A DNA stretch of 46,620 bases from Eubacteriales bacterium (lineage in GTDB: Bacteria; Bacillota; Clostridia; Oscillospirales; CAG-272): NCBI GenBank assembly GCA_045542155.1, contig JAZQKM010000091.1:1-46620 (forward strand), read 5' to 3'. The translations under genes were made by a program, and so were the position numbers. Below the pieces are notes generated by a model, which saw only the letters and a program-made list of their open reading frames with translations, was not told the DNA's origin and did not search any database. The number at the start of each line of letters is the position of its first letter. The first letter of the stretch is position 1. Below, piece after piece: positions 8,587-18,061 of this stretch.

Positions 8587-11358
8587 TTATTCTTCGGCCC
8601 AAATGGCATAAAGCTTTCTGCCACTGTCTGCCTCAGAAAGATTTGCTGATGTAAATGCAGGCACGTTGGTGGTAGAACTGTTACCCCAGCCTACAAATGT
8701 GTACCCCTCTCTGATTGGATCGGAGAGAGAATTGCTCAAATTCAAGTTTGCAATCGTTCCTTTTTCAACGTAAAGCACGTAGGTAGCATCCTCGGAAAGC
8801 ACGCAGCCGTAAACAACAGGTCTGTACGAGGAGTTCCAATACTTGTGCCAGTTTGCCGGCAGCTCGGTGAAGTCGACATAAACGGTGAGAGAGGGGCAGC
8901 CGTAGAACGCATGCTGTTCAACGGTTTCGATATTGCCGGACAAAATAACGGCTGTGAGCCCCTTGCAGTTTCGAAACGCCTGCTTGCCTATATAACTTAC
9001 ACTTTGGGGAAGCAAAATATTTGTAATAGCACTATCCCCATAGAATGCGAAGCTACCGATTTTTTGAACATTACCAAGGCTAACGGCCTTGAGTGCCTCA
9101 CATCTGTAAAAAGCATAATTGCCGATTTCGGAAACAGTTGCGGGAAGCTCGATCTTTTGCAGTGCCTCACATTTGTAAAATGCCTTTTCCCCAATCGCGA
9201 TCAAGGAATCACCGAAAGCGACCTTCTCCAACGATTCGCACTTGTAGAATGCCTTTTCGCCAATATACTTGGTTCCGCCAAGATCGACTTCCTTTAGGGA
9301 TACAAAGCCGTAGAAAGCGTTGGCGCCGATATACTCTACCGATTGACCTAAAGCAATGGCATCAATACCGTACGTGTTGAAATATTGCTCCTCTTCGAGA
9401 GCCGCACGCTCAGAATAACCGCAACAATAAAAAGCATAGTCGCCGATATACGTAACGCCTCCGGGTAGCTGAAGAATATCAAACGTAGTATCACTCATTG
9501 CCAAGGATGCCGATGAGCCACATTTATAAAATGCAGAACGGCCAATATAGGTCAGCATTGGAGGAAGTGAGGTGATAATCAAGTTTTTGCATCTGTAGAA
9601 GGTATAATCCTGAATAACCTCAAGCGTGGGAGGCAGTTCAATAAAAGCGAGCGACGAGCAATCATAAAATGCTGCTCTGCCAACTGTTTTAACCGAATTG
9701 GGCATTTGAACTGCGGTGATCGTGTTGCAGTTGTAAAACGCATAGTTGGCAACACCAACGGTATTATCCTTAAAGGTAATCTCCGCGCCAATGCTTTCGT
9801 TGTAGTCAACCACCCAATTCCCCGCATAAACCACACCGTTTGCGCTGTTATACATATCCGTGTCTCGGAATGCATAGCTTCCTACCGTCTTTAATGACGA
9901 GGGCATTTCGATTTTTTCAAGCTTTGAGCACCCTCGGAACGCAGAGTCGCCGATCGTTTCCAGCACGCTCACGCCGAGCATAGTGGTATCGTCACCAACA
10001 TTGGTATTCATTTTACCGAGGATAACATCGGCAAGCTCCTCACAGGCAACAAACGCCTGCACACCGATCTCACGAACGCCGCCGCCAATGATCACACTCA
10101 TAATTTTAGATTGACCGAATGCGCCCTCTCCGATGATCTTAACACTATCGGGGATTTCGACGTGCATAATGCCCGTATTGCCAAAAAATGCAAAGGATGC
10201 GATGCCAACGGTATCTTCTTTGATGGAAAGTGTAGATACAGTATTGCTTTTGCAGCCAACGAGCCATTTTCCTACATAGATCTCATTGCCTTCGGAAGTG
10301 GCATTCCAAAGCTTTGTCTCGCGAAAAGCACCGTCGTCTATGACCGAAATTCCATTGCCCAAGGTTACGTTTTCAAGCTCGGAGCAAAGATAAAAGGCAC
10401 CCGCTCCGATTCTGTTAACAGAGTCGGGAATAACAACGGCGGTAAGCATAGCAAGCTCGGAGAAAGCATAATCGTCAATTTCGGTCAAGCCCTCGTTGAG
10501 CACCAGCGAGCTGATGCCCTTACACTTGGCAAATGCAAGCGCCCCTACAAACTCAAGCTTTTGCGGCATTGTTACACTTGTAAGCCTTGCGCAATCGGTA
10601 AAAGCACTTGCCTCAATTCGTGTCACATTGCTGCCAAAGGTGATCTGCTCTAAGCTTCCACAATAAGCAAAGGTGTTTTTAAGAATCGCTCCTACGCCGT
10701 CGGGAATCGTTAATTCACCCGCAAGCAGTCGGCAACTTGCAAAAGCGCTCTCCCCAATGTAGGTGAGCCCCTTTGGAAGATTGACAGAGGTGATGTAAGA
10801 GCAATTTGCAAAGGCATATTCGCCAATACTTTTTACGTTTTCACCAATCGTTACACCGGTAATATCGCTCTTGTTAAAGAATGCCTTTTTACCAATGCTC
10901 GTTACGGGCAATCCACGGTAAAGATCGGGGATAACAACATCCCCTGTTGCCGTTCCTTTACCGGTCACCTCATATGCTGTTTTACCGTTGATCAGGGTAA
11001 AGACCATACCGTTTTCCTTCTCTCTTTTAAAGGAAACGGAAGCAGACCACCCCGAATCACGGCTGATTCCTTCTTTGCCGTTAGCCTTTACCTTGATGGT
11101 ATAGTTGCCTTCGGTCAGCGAGGTGAGTGAATAATAATTTTTGCTGGCGATCACTTCGCGAGGTTCTTCCCCCTCCTTGGTGATGCTGATTGTGTAGAGC
11201 CTTGCCTCAGGAACCTTTTTCCAGTTCAGCTGCAGCGTAGCATTCTCCACAAAGAGCTCGGTGGGAGTATCCAGCACCTCTGTTTTGTCACAAGAAGCAA
11301 ATGCAACCAGACTTAAAACAATAAAACTAAATATCAATAACAAACGAAGCTTTTTCAT
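8587..11358 (-). CDS. BspA-type leucine-rich-repeat (LRR_5) lipoprotein with an Fn3-like N-domain and a C-terminal Listeria-Bacteroides repeat
   Basis: Signal plus lipobox LVAFASC. Dozens of IP.SV..IG..AF..C..L..V units. C-terminus REGYTFVGWGNSS...KLYAIW. AAAAGGAG RBS. Confidence 0.9.
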   Translation of the reverse strand: MKKLRLLLIFSFIVLSLVAFASCDKTEVLDTPTELFVENATLQLNWKKVPEARLYTISITKEGEEPREVIASKNYYSLTSLTEGNYTIKVKANGKEGISRDSGWSASVSFKREKENGMVFTLINGKTAYEVTGKGTATGDVVIPDLYRGLPVTSIGKKAFFNKSDITGVTIGENVKSIGEYAFANCSYITSVNLPKGLTYIGESAFASCRLLAGELTIPDGVGAILKNTFAYCGSLEQITFGSNVTRIEASAFTDCARLTSVTMPQKLEFVGALAFAKCKGISSLVLNEGLTEIDDYAFSELAMLTAVVIPDSVNRIGAGAFYLCSELENVTLGNGISVIDDGAFRETKLWNATSEGNEIYVGKWLVGCKSNTVSTLSIKEDTVGIASFAFFGNTGIMHVEIPDSVKIIGEGAFGQSKIMSVIIGGGVREIGVQAFVACEELADVILGKMNTNVGDDTTMLGVSVLETIGDSAFRGCSKLEKIEMPSSLKTVGSYAFRDTDMYNSANGVVYAGNWVVDYNESIGAEITFKDNTVGVANYAFYNCNTITAVQMPNSVKTVGRAAFYDCSSLAFIELPPTLEVIQDYTFYRCKNLIITSLPPMLTYIGRSAFYKCGSSASLAMSDTTFDILQLPGGVTYIGDYAFYCCGYSERAALEEEQYFNTYGIDAIALGQSVEYIGANAFYGFVSLKEVDLGGTKYIGEKAFYKCESLEKVAFGDSLIAIGEKAFYKCEALQKIELPATVSEIGNYAFYRCEALKAVSLGNVQKIGSFAFYGDSAITNILLPQSVSYIGKQAFRNCKGLTAVILSGNIETVEQHAFYGCPSLTVYVDFTELPANWHKYWNSSYRPVVYGCVLSEDATYVLYVEKGTIANLNLSNSLSDPIREGYTFVGWGNSSTTNVPAFTSANLSEADSGRKLYAIWAEE

Positions 11359-11397
11359 TCGTAGCTCCTTTTTACGTTCTTCAAATAATACTGGATT

Positions 11398-14124
11398 TTA
11401 CACGGTCTTCTTATTCCGTGCTTCCTCCTCTGCCTTTTTAAGCTTTCTCTCCCGAATGAACTCATGCGGCCACTTGAACTTGAACTTTCTGGCTGCAATA
11501 TCAAGGAGAACAAAGATGATAGACAAAATGAGGAAAACGATTCTGGGATCAATCGTCTTTTTGATCGCAGGCGAAAAGCTTGCAAAAATTTCTGCGGGAT
11601 CGCCTATAACACTTCCCTTTCCATACTCTGCGAGAAGTGTCATTAGCTCCTCACCTATAGGGAATCTTTCTGTAAAGGTATTGTACTCTTCAGAATAGGA
11701 GAAGGTTTCATACAAAACGACATTGGAAAGCTCGGTGCCCGCCTCATCAAATTTTTTGATCACGATCTCGTAAAGACCTGCATCCTTAATGATGAAATTG
11801 AAGCGCTTTCCGCTTTCCATTTTTTGCACGGAGACGCCTTCCTCAAGCATCGATACAAGATGATCGGAAATCGGCGTTACCGAAACCTCGACACGCTCTG
11901 TATCACCAATACCGTAAACGCCAAGCTGATAATGGTAATTGTCCGATTTGAGAATGTATCCGATACTGTCTGCGCGCACGTCCTCCATTGGGAAAATAGA
12001 GTTGACGATGTTTGTAATGATGGTTTTACCTACAACGTCTTCCATAAAGGTCTGCGACCATATTCCGGAAAGATCGCACATAAAGCTGCCAACATTACCG
12101 TTACCGTACTTCCATTCGGCGTAGATAGGAACGTATTCGCCCATAAGGGGAACGCTTGCACCGTTTTTGGCTACCGTGCCGTAATAGCCGGTAAGCTCGG
12201 GAATAAACGAATCGGCAACACCGGCAACAGCAGGTGTTCTATCCTTGATGGTAGGCTTGAAGGGATCACCGTAGTTGATCTCGGCAACAGCCTCCAAAGC
12301 CAAGTCGGTTCTCATCGTTTCGGGAATCTTTTGCAGCTCGGTAGGCTTAACGTTGTAGTATTTACCTCCGCCCAAGGCTACAGCCTCGGTCATATTATGG
12401 GTAATCGAGGGGTCCTCGTTGCCGATAGTAACAATGGACATTGTAATGCCGTCATCAAAGTTATCCTTGATGTACGCGCTGTAAACCTCGAATTCGTCAC
12501 CCGGGTCGCCGTCGGTAACCAGGATAATATGCTTTCTTTCTACGTTATCAATAACGGAAAGTGCTCTTCCCGCTCTCATAATGGCATCCGAAAAGATAGT
12601 ACCGCCGTGGGCACCCACTCCTGTTCCTACCTGCTTGATAACGTCACGGAGCAGATCCTTTTGCGTAACGGGCAGGATTTCAACCTCCTCGCTCGCTCTG
12701 GTTTGGAAGGACATTACGCCGCAAAAGTCACGGTCATTCAGCGCATCAAGACAGCCCTCTGCGCCTTCCTTTGCAGCATTCAACTTATCCATACCCATAG
12801 AGGCAGATGCGTCTACAACTATCATAACCGCGATAGGCGGTGTAAAATCGATTGCATTGATGGGAAGCATTTGCTTGAAATAGGTGGAAGAAGCAATATC
12901 ATTACGGTTATATGCGTGCGGAACCTTTTGCCCGTTGACTTCGTCAAGCGAACCGCCCACGGTGAAAAGACCGCCGCCAAGCTCGTATACGTACTCGTTA
13001 AGCAGTTCCTCAAAGCCGCCGAGCATATCGGAATATGCCACGTTGACAAGAATGATTTGCTCATACGCTGCCATTTGCTCGAGGTTTCTCGGGATATCAG
13101 CAAAGTCTTCTTCAAAGCTCATATCCGTAACAGAAAAATGCTCGTTCAAAAGCGCGGCAAGCTTTGCTCCTTCTCCCTCTTTCCCTTCCAAAACAAGAAT
13201 GTTATCGAATGCTTCAAGATTGATAAACGCACGGTAAGCGTTGTTTTCCTGAACGACGTCACCATCACAGGTAATTTCAAAACGCAGCTCGTGCATACCT
13301 CTTTCTGCAAGAGAGAGCGCGACCTCAAAGGTCTGCTCCGCCTTCTCGAGCAGAATCGGCGTGGATCCAATATACTCCTCGTTATCGTAGGCACTAATGG
13401 TAGCCGATTTTTCACCTTCAAAATTACTTCTGACAGTGATTTCGGTAATAAAGTTGTCACCAAGAATAATTCTTGTGTCAGGCGTTTTCACCGAGTATAT
13501 CTGTACCTCGTCATGCTCCTTGTTGGGATAAAGAACCGTATCTACTTTGATGCCCTCTGCAGCAATAGCCTTGATGACAGACAAAGCAGCATTATCGGTT
13601 TCGATACCATCGGAAATAACTACGATTTTAGATGTTTCGGGATTTTTGAATAACGTGCTTGCATATTGAATGGCAGATGCAAGATCGGTTGCGGTACCGT
13701 CGGGGGCCTCAGAGGTTAGATAATCCTCGAGCGATTGCTCCATATCATAGCCTATCTCTCCCGAAAGCACTTGACCGTGACCGAATTTTACAATACCGAG
13801 GCGGTACTTGCCGTCGGAGATAGAAACAACGGATTGTACAAACTCGTTTTTGGCATCTACCGCTGTCGCGTTACTGTCGGTCGTATCAACGAGAATGATC
13901 AATTCATTCTCTAAATTGGGTTTTTCATAGCTGAACGAAATGCCTGCAAGCAGGAGGATCGCCAGCACCATAGCAAGCCCGTGGAACAGCATAGAAAGAA
14001 TTCTGTTACGAGTCTTTCTATACTTTTTATTGGCTTTGAAATACGGAAAAAGCGTGAGCGCAATTGCCGGGATCAGAAGCAACAAAAGCCAGGGATGCGA
14101 AAAATGAATTCTGAAATTTTGCAT
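11398..14124 (-). CDS. BatA_N double-TM protein with two VWA domains (BatB-like) and a C-terminal TM segment
   Basis: N-terminus HPWLLLLLIPAIALTLFPYF...RILSMLFHGLAMVLAILLLAG (aerotolerance-regulator N-terminal type). VWA1 has DTTDS (aa 80-84). VWA2 has DASAS (aa 438-442), GGT and TDGD. C-terminal TM is IVFLILSIIFVLLDIAA. Confidence 0.85.
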   Translation of the reverse strand: MQNFRIHFSHPWLLLLLIPAIALTLFPYFKANKKYRKTRNRILSMLFHGLAMVLAILLLAGISFSYEKPNLENELIILVDTTDSNATAVDAKNEFVQSVVSISDGKYRLGIVKFGHGQVLSGEIGYDMEQSLEDYLTSEAPDGTATDLASAIQYASTLFKNPETSKIVVISDGIETDNAALSVIKAIAAEGIKVDTVLYPNKEHDEVQIYSVKTPDTRIILGDNFITEITVRSNFEGEKSATISAYDNEEYIGSTPILLEKAEQTFEVALSLAERGMHELRFEITCDGDVVQENNAYRAFINLEAFDNILVLEGKEGEGAKLAALLNEHFSVTDMSFEEDFADIPRNLEQMAAYEQIILVNVAYSDMLGGFEELLNEYVYELGGGLFTVGGSLDEVNGQKVPHAYNRNDIASSTYFKQMLPINAIDFTPPIAVMIVVDASASMGMDKLNAAKEGAEGCLDALNDRDFCGVMSFQTRASEEVEILPVTQKDLLRDVIKQVGTGVGAHGGTIFSDAIMRAGRALSVIDNVERKHIILVTDGDPGDEFEVYSAYIKDNFDDGITMSIVTIGNEDPSITHNMTEAVALGGGKYYNVKPTELQKIPETMRTDLALEAVAEINYGDPFKPTIKDRTPAVAGVADSFIPELTGYYGTVAKNGASVPLMGEYVPIYAEWKYGNGNVGSFMCDLSGIWSQTFMEDVVGKTIITNIVNSIFPMEDVRADSIGYILKSDNYHYQLGVYGIGDTERVEVSVTPISDHLVSMLEEGVSVQKMESGKRFNFIIKDAGLYEIVIKKFDEAGTELSNVVLYETFSYSEEYNTFTERFPIGEELMTLLAEYGKGSVIGDPAEIFASFSPAIKKTIDPRIVFLILSIIFVLLDIAARKFKFKWPHEFIRERKLKKAEEEARNKKTV

Positions 14125-14139
14125 TTGCTTGCGCTCTCC

Positions 14140-16041
14140 TTAAAAATTCTTTTTGATCTGTAATGCCCACTCGGCAAACATAAGAAAGACGAGTGCAATA
14201 GCGAAATAGAACAACAGATCTTCAAATTCTATTCTCGTTTCAACCTCTACGTCAGCGGAAGGTAATGCATCTACCTGACGGGTAAGATCACTCTGCTCTT
14301 GAGGAATTCTTACGTAAAAATTCTCAATCAAAAGATCTTCTCCGGACATAGGGGTTTGTGTTACGGTATACGTTCCCGGGCGCGTTACGGTGACCGAACC
14401 CGTTTTTCCTTCCAACGTATAGTCTATTCCGTTACCCTCTACCTTAAGGTCGTTTCCTCTTGCGTTAAGCTCAATGGTATCGCCTATTTCAAACGCATTT
14501 GAGGAGAGCGTGGTAGGAATATAGTAGTTAAACATATTGTACATAAGGAACGAAAAATCGGGCATTGCACAGAGGTTTGAGTAGTTGAGGTCAAACGCCC
14601 ATACAACAATTTTTGCATCGGGTTGATCCTTTGCAAGAATAACGGGGTGTCCGTTATAATACGCCAACTCATCGTAACCATCGGCAGAAAGGAGCTCGAC
14701 ATATCTTGCTATTGTAATTCTCGACGAATCAACGTATTTGGTCAGCTCGTGAGAAACGCCGGAAGCAAGGGTGGTTTCCGGGTTGGGCGTGCTTTGGATA
14801 TTACCAAAGATAAGTCCTGCCCCCTCGGGAGATGAATGAGGGTCTACGAGAAGTACAAGTCCATCGGTAGGTATAACCGAAGGCATTCTGTGTTCAAAAA
14901 TGTAAATGTCAAACCCCTCGGTTGCTGCCTTTTCATCAGCCTTAAGCTCTTTGAATTCTATATTCCATTTATCCTTCATTGTTTGACGCATAGTGCGTAC
15001 TACGCCACCAAAATAGTTATTTGGCAACGAGCTGGCATACTGAATTCTGATCGTTGGCTTGGTTCCGCCGTAGAGGAAGAAGGAGTTATCGTCAAGGAAA
15101 GAATCCTCAACCGCTACGTAAACCTCAATGTAATCAAAGGAATAGAGAATTTCACCGGCAAAGTCATCCTCTGTAAAGATGATGGTCTTTTCTTCCTCGG
15201 TGGGATCAAAAAATTCCGAGCGTGTGGGGAGCGACAACTTTTTGGTTGAACCGTTTGCGCCGTAAATTTCGCAATAGATATCAATATTACCATCATACTT
15301 GTAGCATCCTACGTCAATGGTTATCTCATAGTGATTCTCTTCGTTCAGCTCCGCACGGCAATCCAAAATAGCGGCGTTCCATTCCTCAGGCTTGGATATA
15401 TCAATCACGTTGATGCCGTTCTTTTCAAGATACGTCGTTCCGGTGTAGAGAAATATCTGTGCCTCGGGATTGTAGCGAAGGACATCTTCGGTCAGTCCTA
15501 CTGCCGTGTTCATATCAGCAGCACTGTAGGTACACTGATTTTTGTCCTCCATAAGTGCATCAAGGGCTGCGTACACATCATCTGCTTGGGCGCTGTTATT
15601 GCGCTGAGCAAGGAATGTGGGCGCATCGTTAGCAAGGATAACGGAGACAACGCCACCTTGCTCAAATGTCTCCTCTGCCAATATTTTCGCTTCCTGTACG
15701 GCGCGTTCAAATCTGGTGTATGCACCGTCATTTACTCGCATAGATGCCGAGGAATCGATAATAATGATTTTTTCGTTTTCGTCGCCTGTCTTCTCATGCT
15801 GTATAACCGGCTGTGCAAGAAGCAAGGCGCAGATCGTAAGAATCAAAAATTGACACAGAAATGTTAAAATATTATTCAGACGGCTAATCGGCAATCTTTT
15901 CTTTCTGTACTTCAAGCTAAGATGCCACACATACGTGCTCGATACCATCTTTTTTTCATAATTGGGCTTTATGATGTAAATTACGATTAAAAGTACAATA
16001 CCTATCAGGCCCAAAAATCCTATGGGTGCTAACCAAGTCAT
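14140..16041 (-). CDS. BatA-like VWA domain membrane protein
   Basis: BatA_N-type N-terminus (WLAPIGFLGLIGIVLLIVIYIIKP ... LCQFLILTICALLLAQP). MIDAS DSSAS at aa 96-100. C-terminal TM. The start overlaps the DUF58 stop by 4 nt. Confidence 0.85.
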   Translation of the reverse strand: MTWLAPIGFLGLIGIVLLIVIYIIKPNYEKKMVSSTYVWHLSLKYRKKRLPISRLNNILTFLCQFLILTICALLLAQPVIQHEKTGDENEKIIIIDSSASMRVNDGAYTRFERAVQEAKILAEETFEQGGVVSVILANDAPTFLAQRNNSAQADDVYAALDALMEDKNQCTYSAADMNTAVGLTEDVLRYNPEAQIFLYTGTTYLEKNGINVIDISKPEEWNAAILDCRAELNEENHYEITIDVGCYKYDGNIDIYCEIYGANGSTKKLSLPTRSEFFDPTEEEKTIIFTEDDFAGEILYSFDYIEVYVAVEDSFLDDNSFFLYGGTKPTIRIQYASSLPNNYFGGVVRTMRQTMKDKWNIEFKELKADEKAATEGFDIYIFEHRMPSVIPTDGLVLLVDPHSSPEGAGLIFGNIQSTPNPETTLASGVSHELTKYVDSSRITIARYVELLSADGYDELAYYNGHPVILAKDQPDAKIVVWAFDLNYSNLCAMPDFSFLMYNMFNYYIPTTLSSNAFEIGDTIELNARGNDLKVEGNGIDYTLEGKTGSVTVTRPGTYTVTQTPMSGEDLLIENFYVRIPQEQSDLTRQVDALPSADVEVETRIEFEDLLFYFAIALVFLMFAEWALQIKKNF

Positions 16042-16937
16042 GCCATTATACCTACCTTTAGCAATTCCTTAAACAGCACTTTTTCAATAGGTTGATTTGT
16101 GCATACCGACACAAATGCCACACCACGTGAGTTTGCAAACGTGGCAAGCGAATTTCGAATCTCTTCAAGTGCTTTTTCATACGCAAGCTGTGATGCGCGG
16201 TCAATTTTCATTTTCATGTTTTTAACGTCCTGAACATCAACCGATTCCGAGTCGATCAGATTCATTCTGCCCATATAAACAGGGTCTGTTTCTTCGGGCG
16301 TCATCACCTGAATGAGCATAACCTGTCTCTTTTTATAGCAAAGATAATCTACCGCACTCTTCCAATCGCTGTCGGTAAAAAAGTCGGAAATGATAACGGT
16401 CAAGCCGTCGTTATTGCCCGGATTTGGTGCATTGATGATCGATGAGCGAAGATCGCTCTCCCCCTCAAACTCTATGCTTTTGAGTGCGCCGATCGCATTG
16501 AAGAATGCACGCTTACCGACAATCGTTCCAAAGGGATCCTCTGCTTTTTCACCGTTGATCAGCTTAAACGATACCTTGTCCATATTATGTACGGAAAGAT
16601 ATCCCAAGGATGCAGCAACCGCCAGCGCGTATTCTGCCTTTTGGGGATTGACCTTTCCCATAGATGCAGAGCAATCGAGAAAAATTTGCGTGTGCATCTG
16701 TCTTTCGTCTGTAAATAACTTCAAAAAGAATTTTTCAAAACGACTGTAAAGATTCCAGTCGATGCGGCGGATATCGTCGCCGAGCATATACTCTCGGTAA
16801 TCTGCAAACTCCACCGTCTGTCCATAGGTTTTTACAAGATGCTTACCGCCAAAAAAGCCGGCAAGATCTGCTCGCAGCTCCAACGACAAGGTTTCTAAAC
16901 GGCTGAAAAATTCATCGTTTAAGTAGGAACCTTTCAT
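16038..16937 (-). CDS. DUF58 domain protein (MoxR-operon partner)
   Basis: The signature FADYREYMLGDDIRRIDWNLYSR is characteristic of DUF58. The 1-nt stop/start overlap with moxR indicates translational coupling. Confidence 0.9.
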   Translation of the reverse strand: MKGSYLNDEFFSRLETLSLELRADLAGFFGGKHLVKTYGQTVEFADYREYMLGDDIRRIDWNLYSRFEKFFLKLFTDERQMHTQIFLDCSASMGKVNPQKAEYALAVAASLGYLSVHNMDKVSFKLINGEKAEDPFGTIVGKRAFFNAIGALKSIEFEGESDLRSSIINAPNPGNNDGLTVIISDFFTDSDWKSAVDYLCYKKRQVMLIQVMTPEETDPVYMGRMNLIDSESVDVQDVKNMKMKIDRASQLAYEKALEEIRNSLATFANSRGVAFVSVCTNQPIEKVLFKELLKVGIMA

Positions 16938-18013
16938 TATTTTCTCCCAAATTTATGCTTTTTTGCAACCTGTTCTTTCTCTGTAGCAGCTGCTTCGGTG
17001 CCAACAGCAGGTGCCTCATTCTTCAGCTTCTTCTTTCCGCTCAACTCGTCAATGATCATCGCTACGATCTCATCTGCAGAAACTCTCTCTGCAATCGCTT
17101 CAAATGTCAACTTCATTCTGTGGCGCAGAACGGGATATGCCAGAGCGTTGATATCATCATAGGATACGTTGAATCTGCCACTCATAAGTGCCTTAACCTT
17201 GGCCGCGGAAATAAGTGCCTGACCTGCACGGGGAGATGCACCCAGACGAACGTACTTCTTTGCCGCTTCAGAAGCGCAATCACTGTCGGGATGCGTTGCG
17301 GAGCAAAGCGTCATTGCATACTTCATAACCTCTTCAGCTACGGGAATTTGGTTAGCGGTCGCTCTCATCTCCAACAGATCGGCTCCGTTACAAGCTGCAT
17401 CTGCAACCTCTGCCATCGTCTTTTGCGTCATATTTACAATGTCCATAAGCTCATCGAGAGAAGGATTCTTAACGATGATCTTGAACATAAAACGGTCCAT
17501 TTGTGCCTCGGGAAGAGGATATGTACCGTCCTGCTCTACAGGGTTTTGCGTTGCCAACACAAAGAAGGGCTCTTCGAGCTTTCTGGAAACGCCCATTACG
17601 GTAACGGTGTGCTCCTGCATTGCCTCAAGAAGCGCCGATTGCGTCTTGGGGGTTGCACGGTTGATTTCGTCCGCGAGAATAATATTGGAGAAAATAGGAC
17701 CGGGCTGGAACTCGAACTTAGAGTTTCCGTCCTCTCCCTTTACGATAATATTGGTACCTGTTACATCTGCGGGCATAAGGTCAGGAGTAAACTGAATTCT
17801 TGAAAAAGGAAGATCAAATACTCTACCCAAAGAACGCACAAGACGCGTCTTGCCTACTCCGGGAACGCCTTCAAGAAGCACGTTGCCGCCTGCGATCATT
17901 GCAATGACTGCCCCTTCGATAACATCTTTTTGTCCAATCACGTCTCTGCTGATCTGCTCGAAAATGTTTTTGCATTGAACACTGAATTTTTGAATGTTTT
18001 GTTCTGTAACCAT
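16937..18013 (-). CDS. MoxR-family AAA+ ATPase
   Basis: VIGQKDVIEGAVIAMIAGGNVLLEGVPGVGKT (Walker A), IILADEINRA (Walker B) and QNPVEQDGTYPLPEAQMDRF are canonical MoxR blocks. Confidence 0.93.
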   Translation of the reverse strand: MVTEQNIQKFSVQCKNIFEQISRDVIGQKDVIEGAVIAMIAGGNVLLEGVPGVGKTRLVRSLGRVFDLPFSRIQFTPDLMPADVTGTNIIVKGEDGNSKFEFQPGPIFSNIILADEINRATPKTQSALLEAMQEHTVTVMGVSRKLEEPFFVLATQNPVEQDGTYPLPEAQMDRFMFKIIVKNPSLDELMDIVNMTQKTMAEVADAACNGADLLEMRATANQIPVAEEVMKYAMTLCSATHPDSDCASEAAKKYVRLGASPRAGQALISAAKVKALMSGRFNVSYDDINALAYPVLRHRMKLTFEAIAERVSADEIVAMIIDELSGKKKLKNEAPAVGTEAAATEKEQVAKKHKFGRK

Positions 18014-18061
18014 TTTTGTTTACCTTTACCTTATCTTCTTTATTTTTTGTTGTATAAGTTT

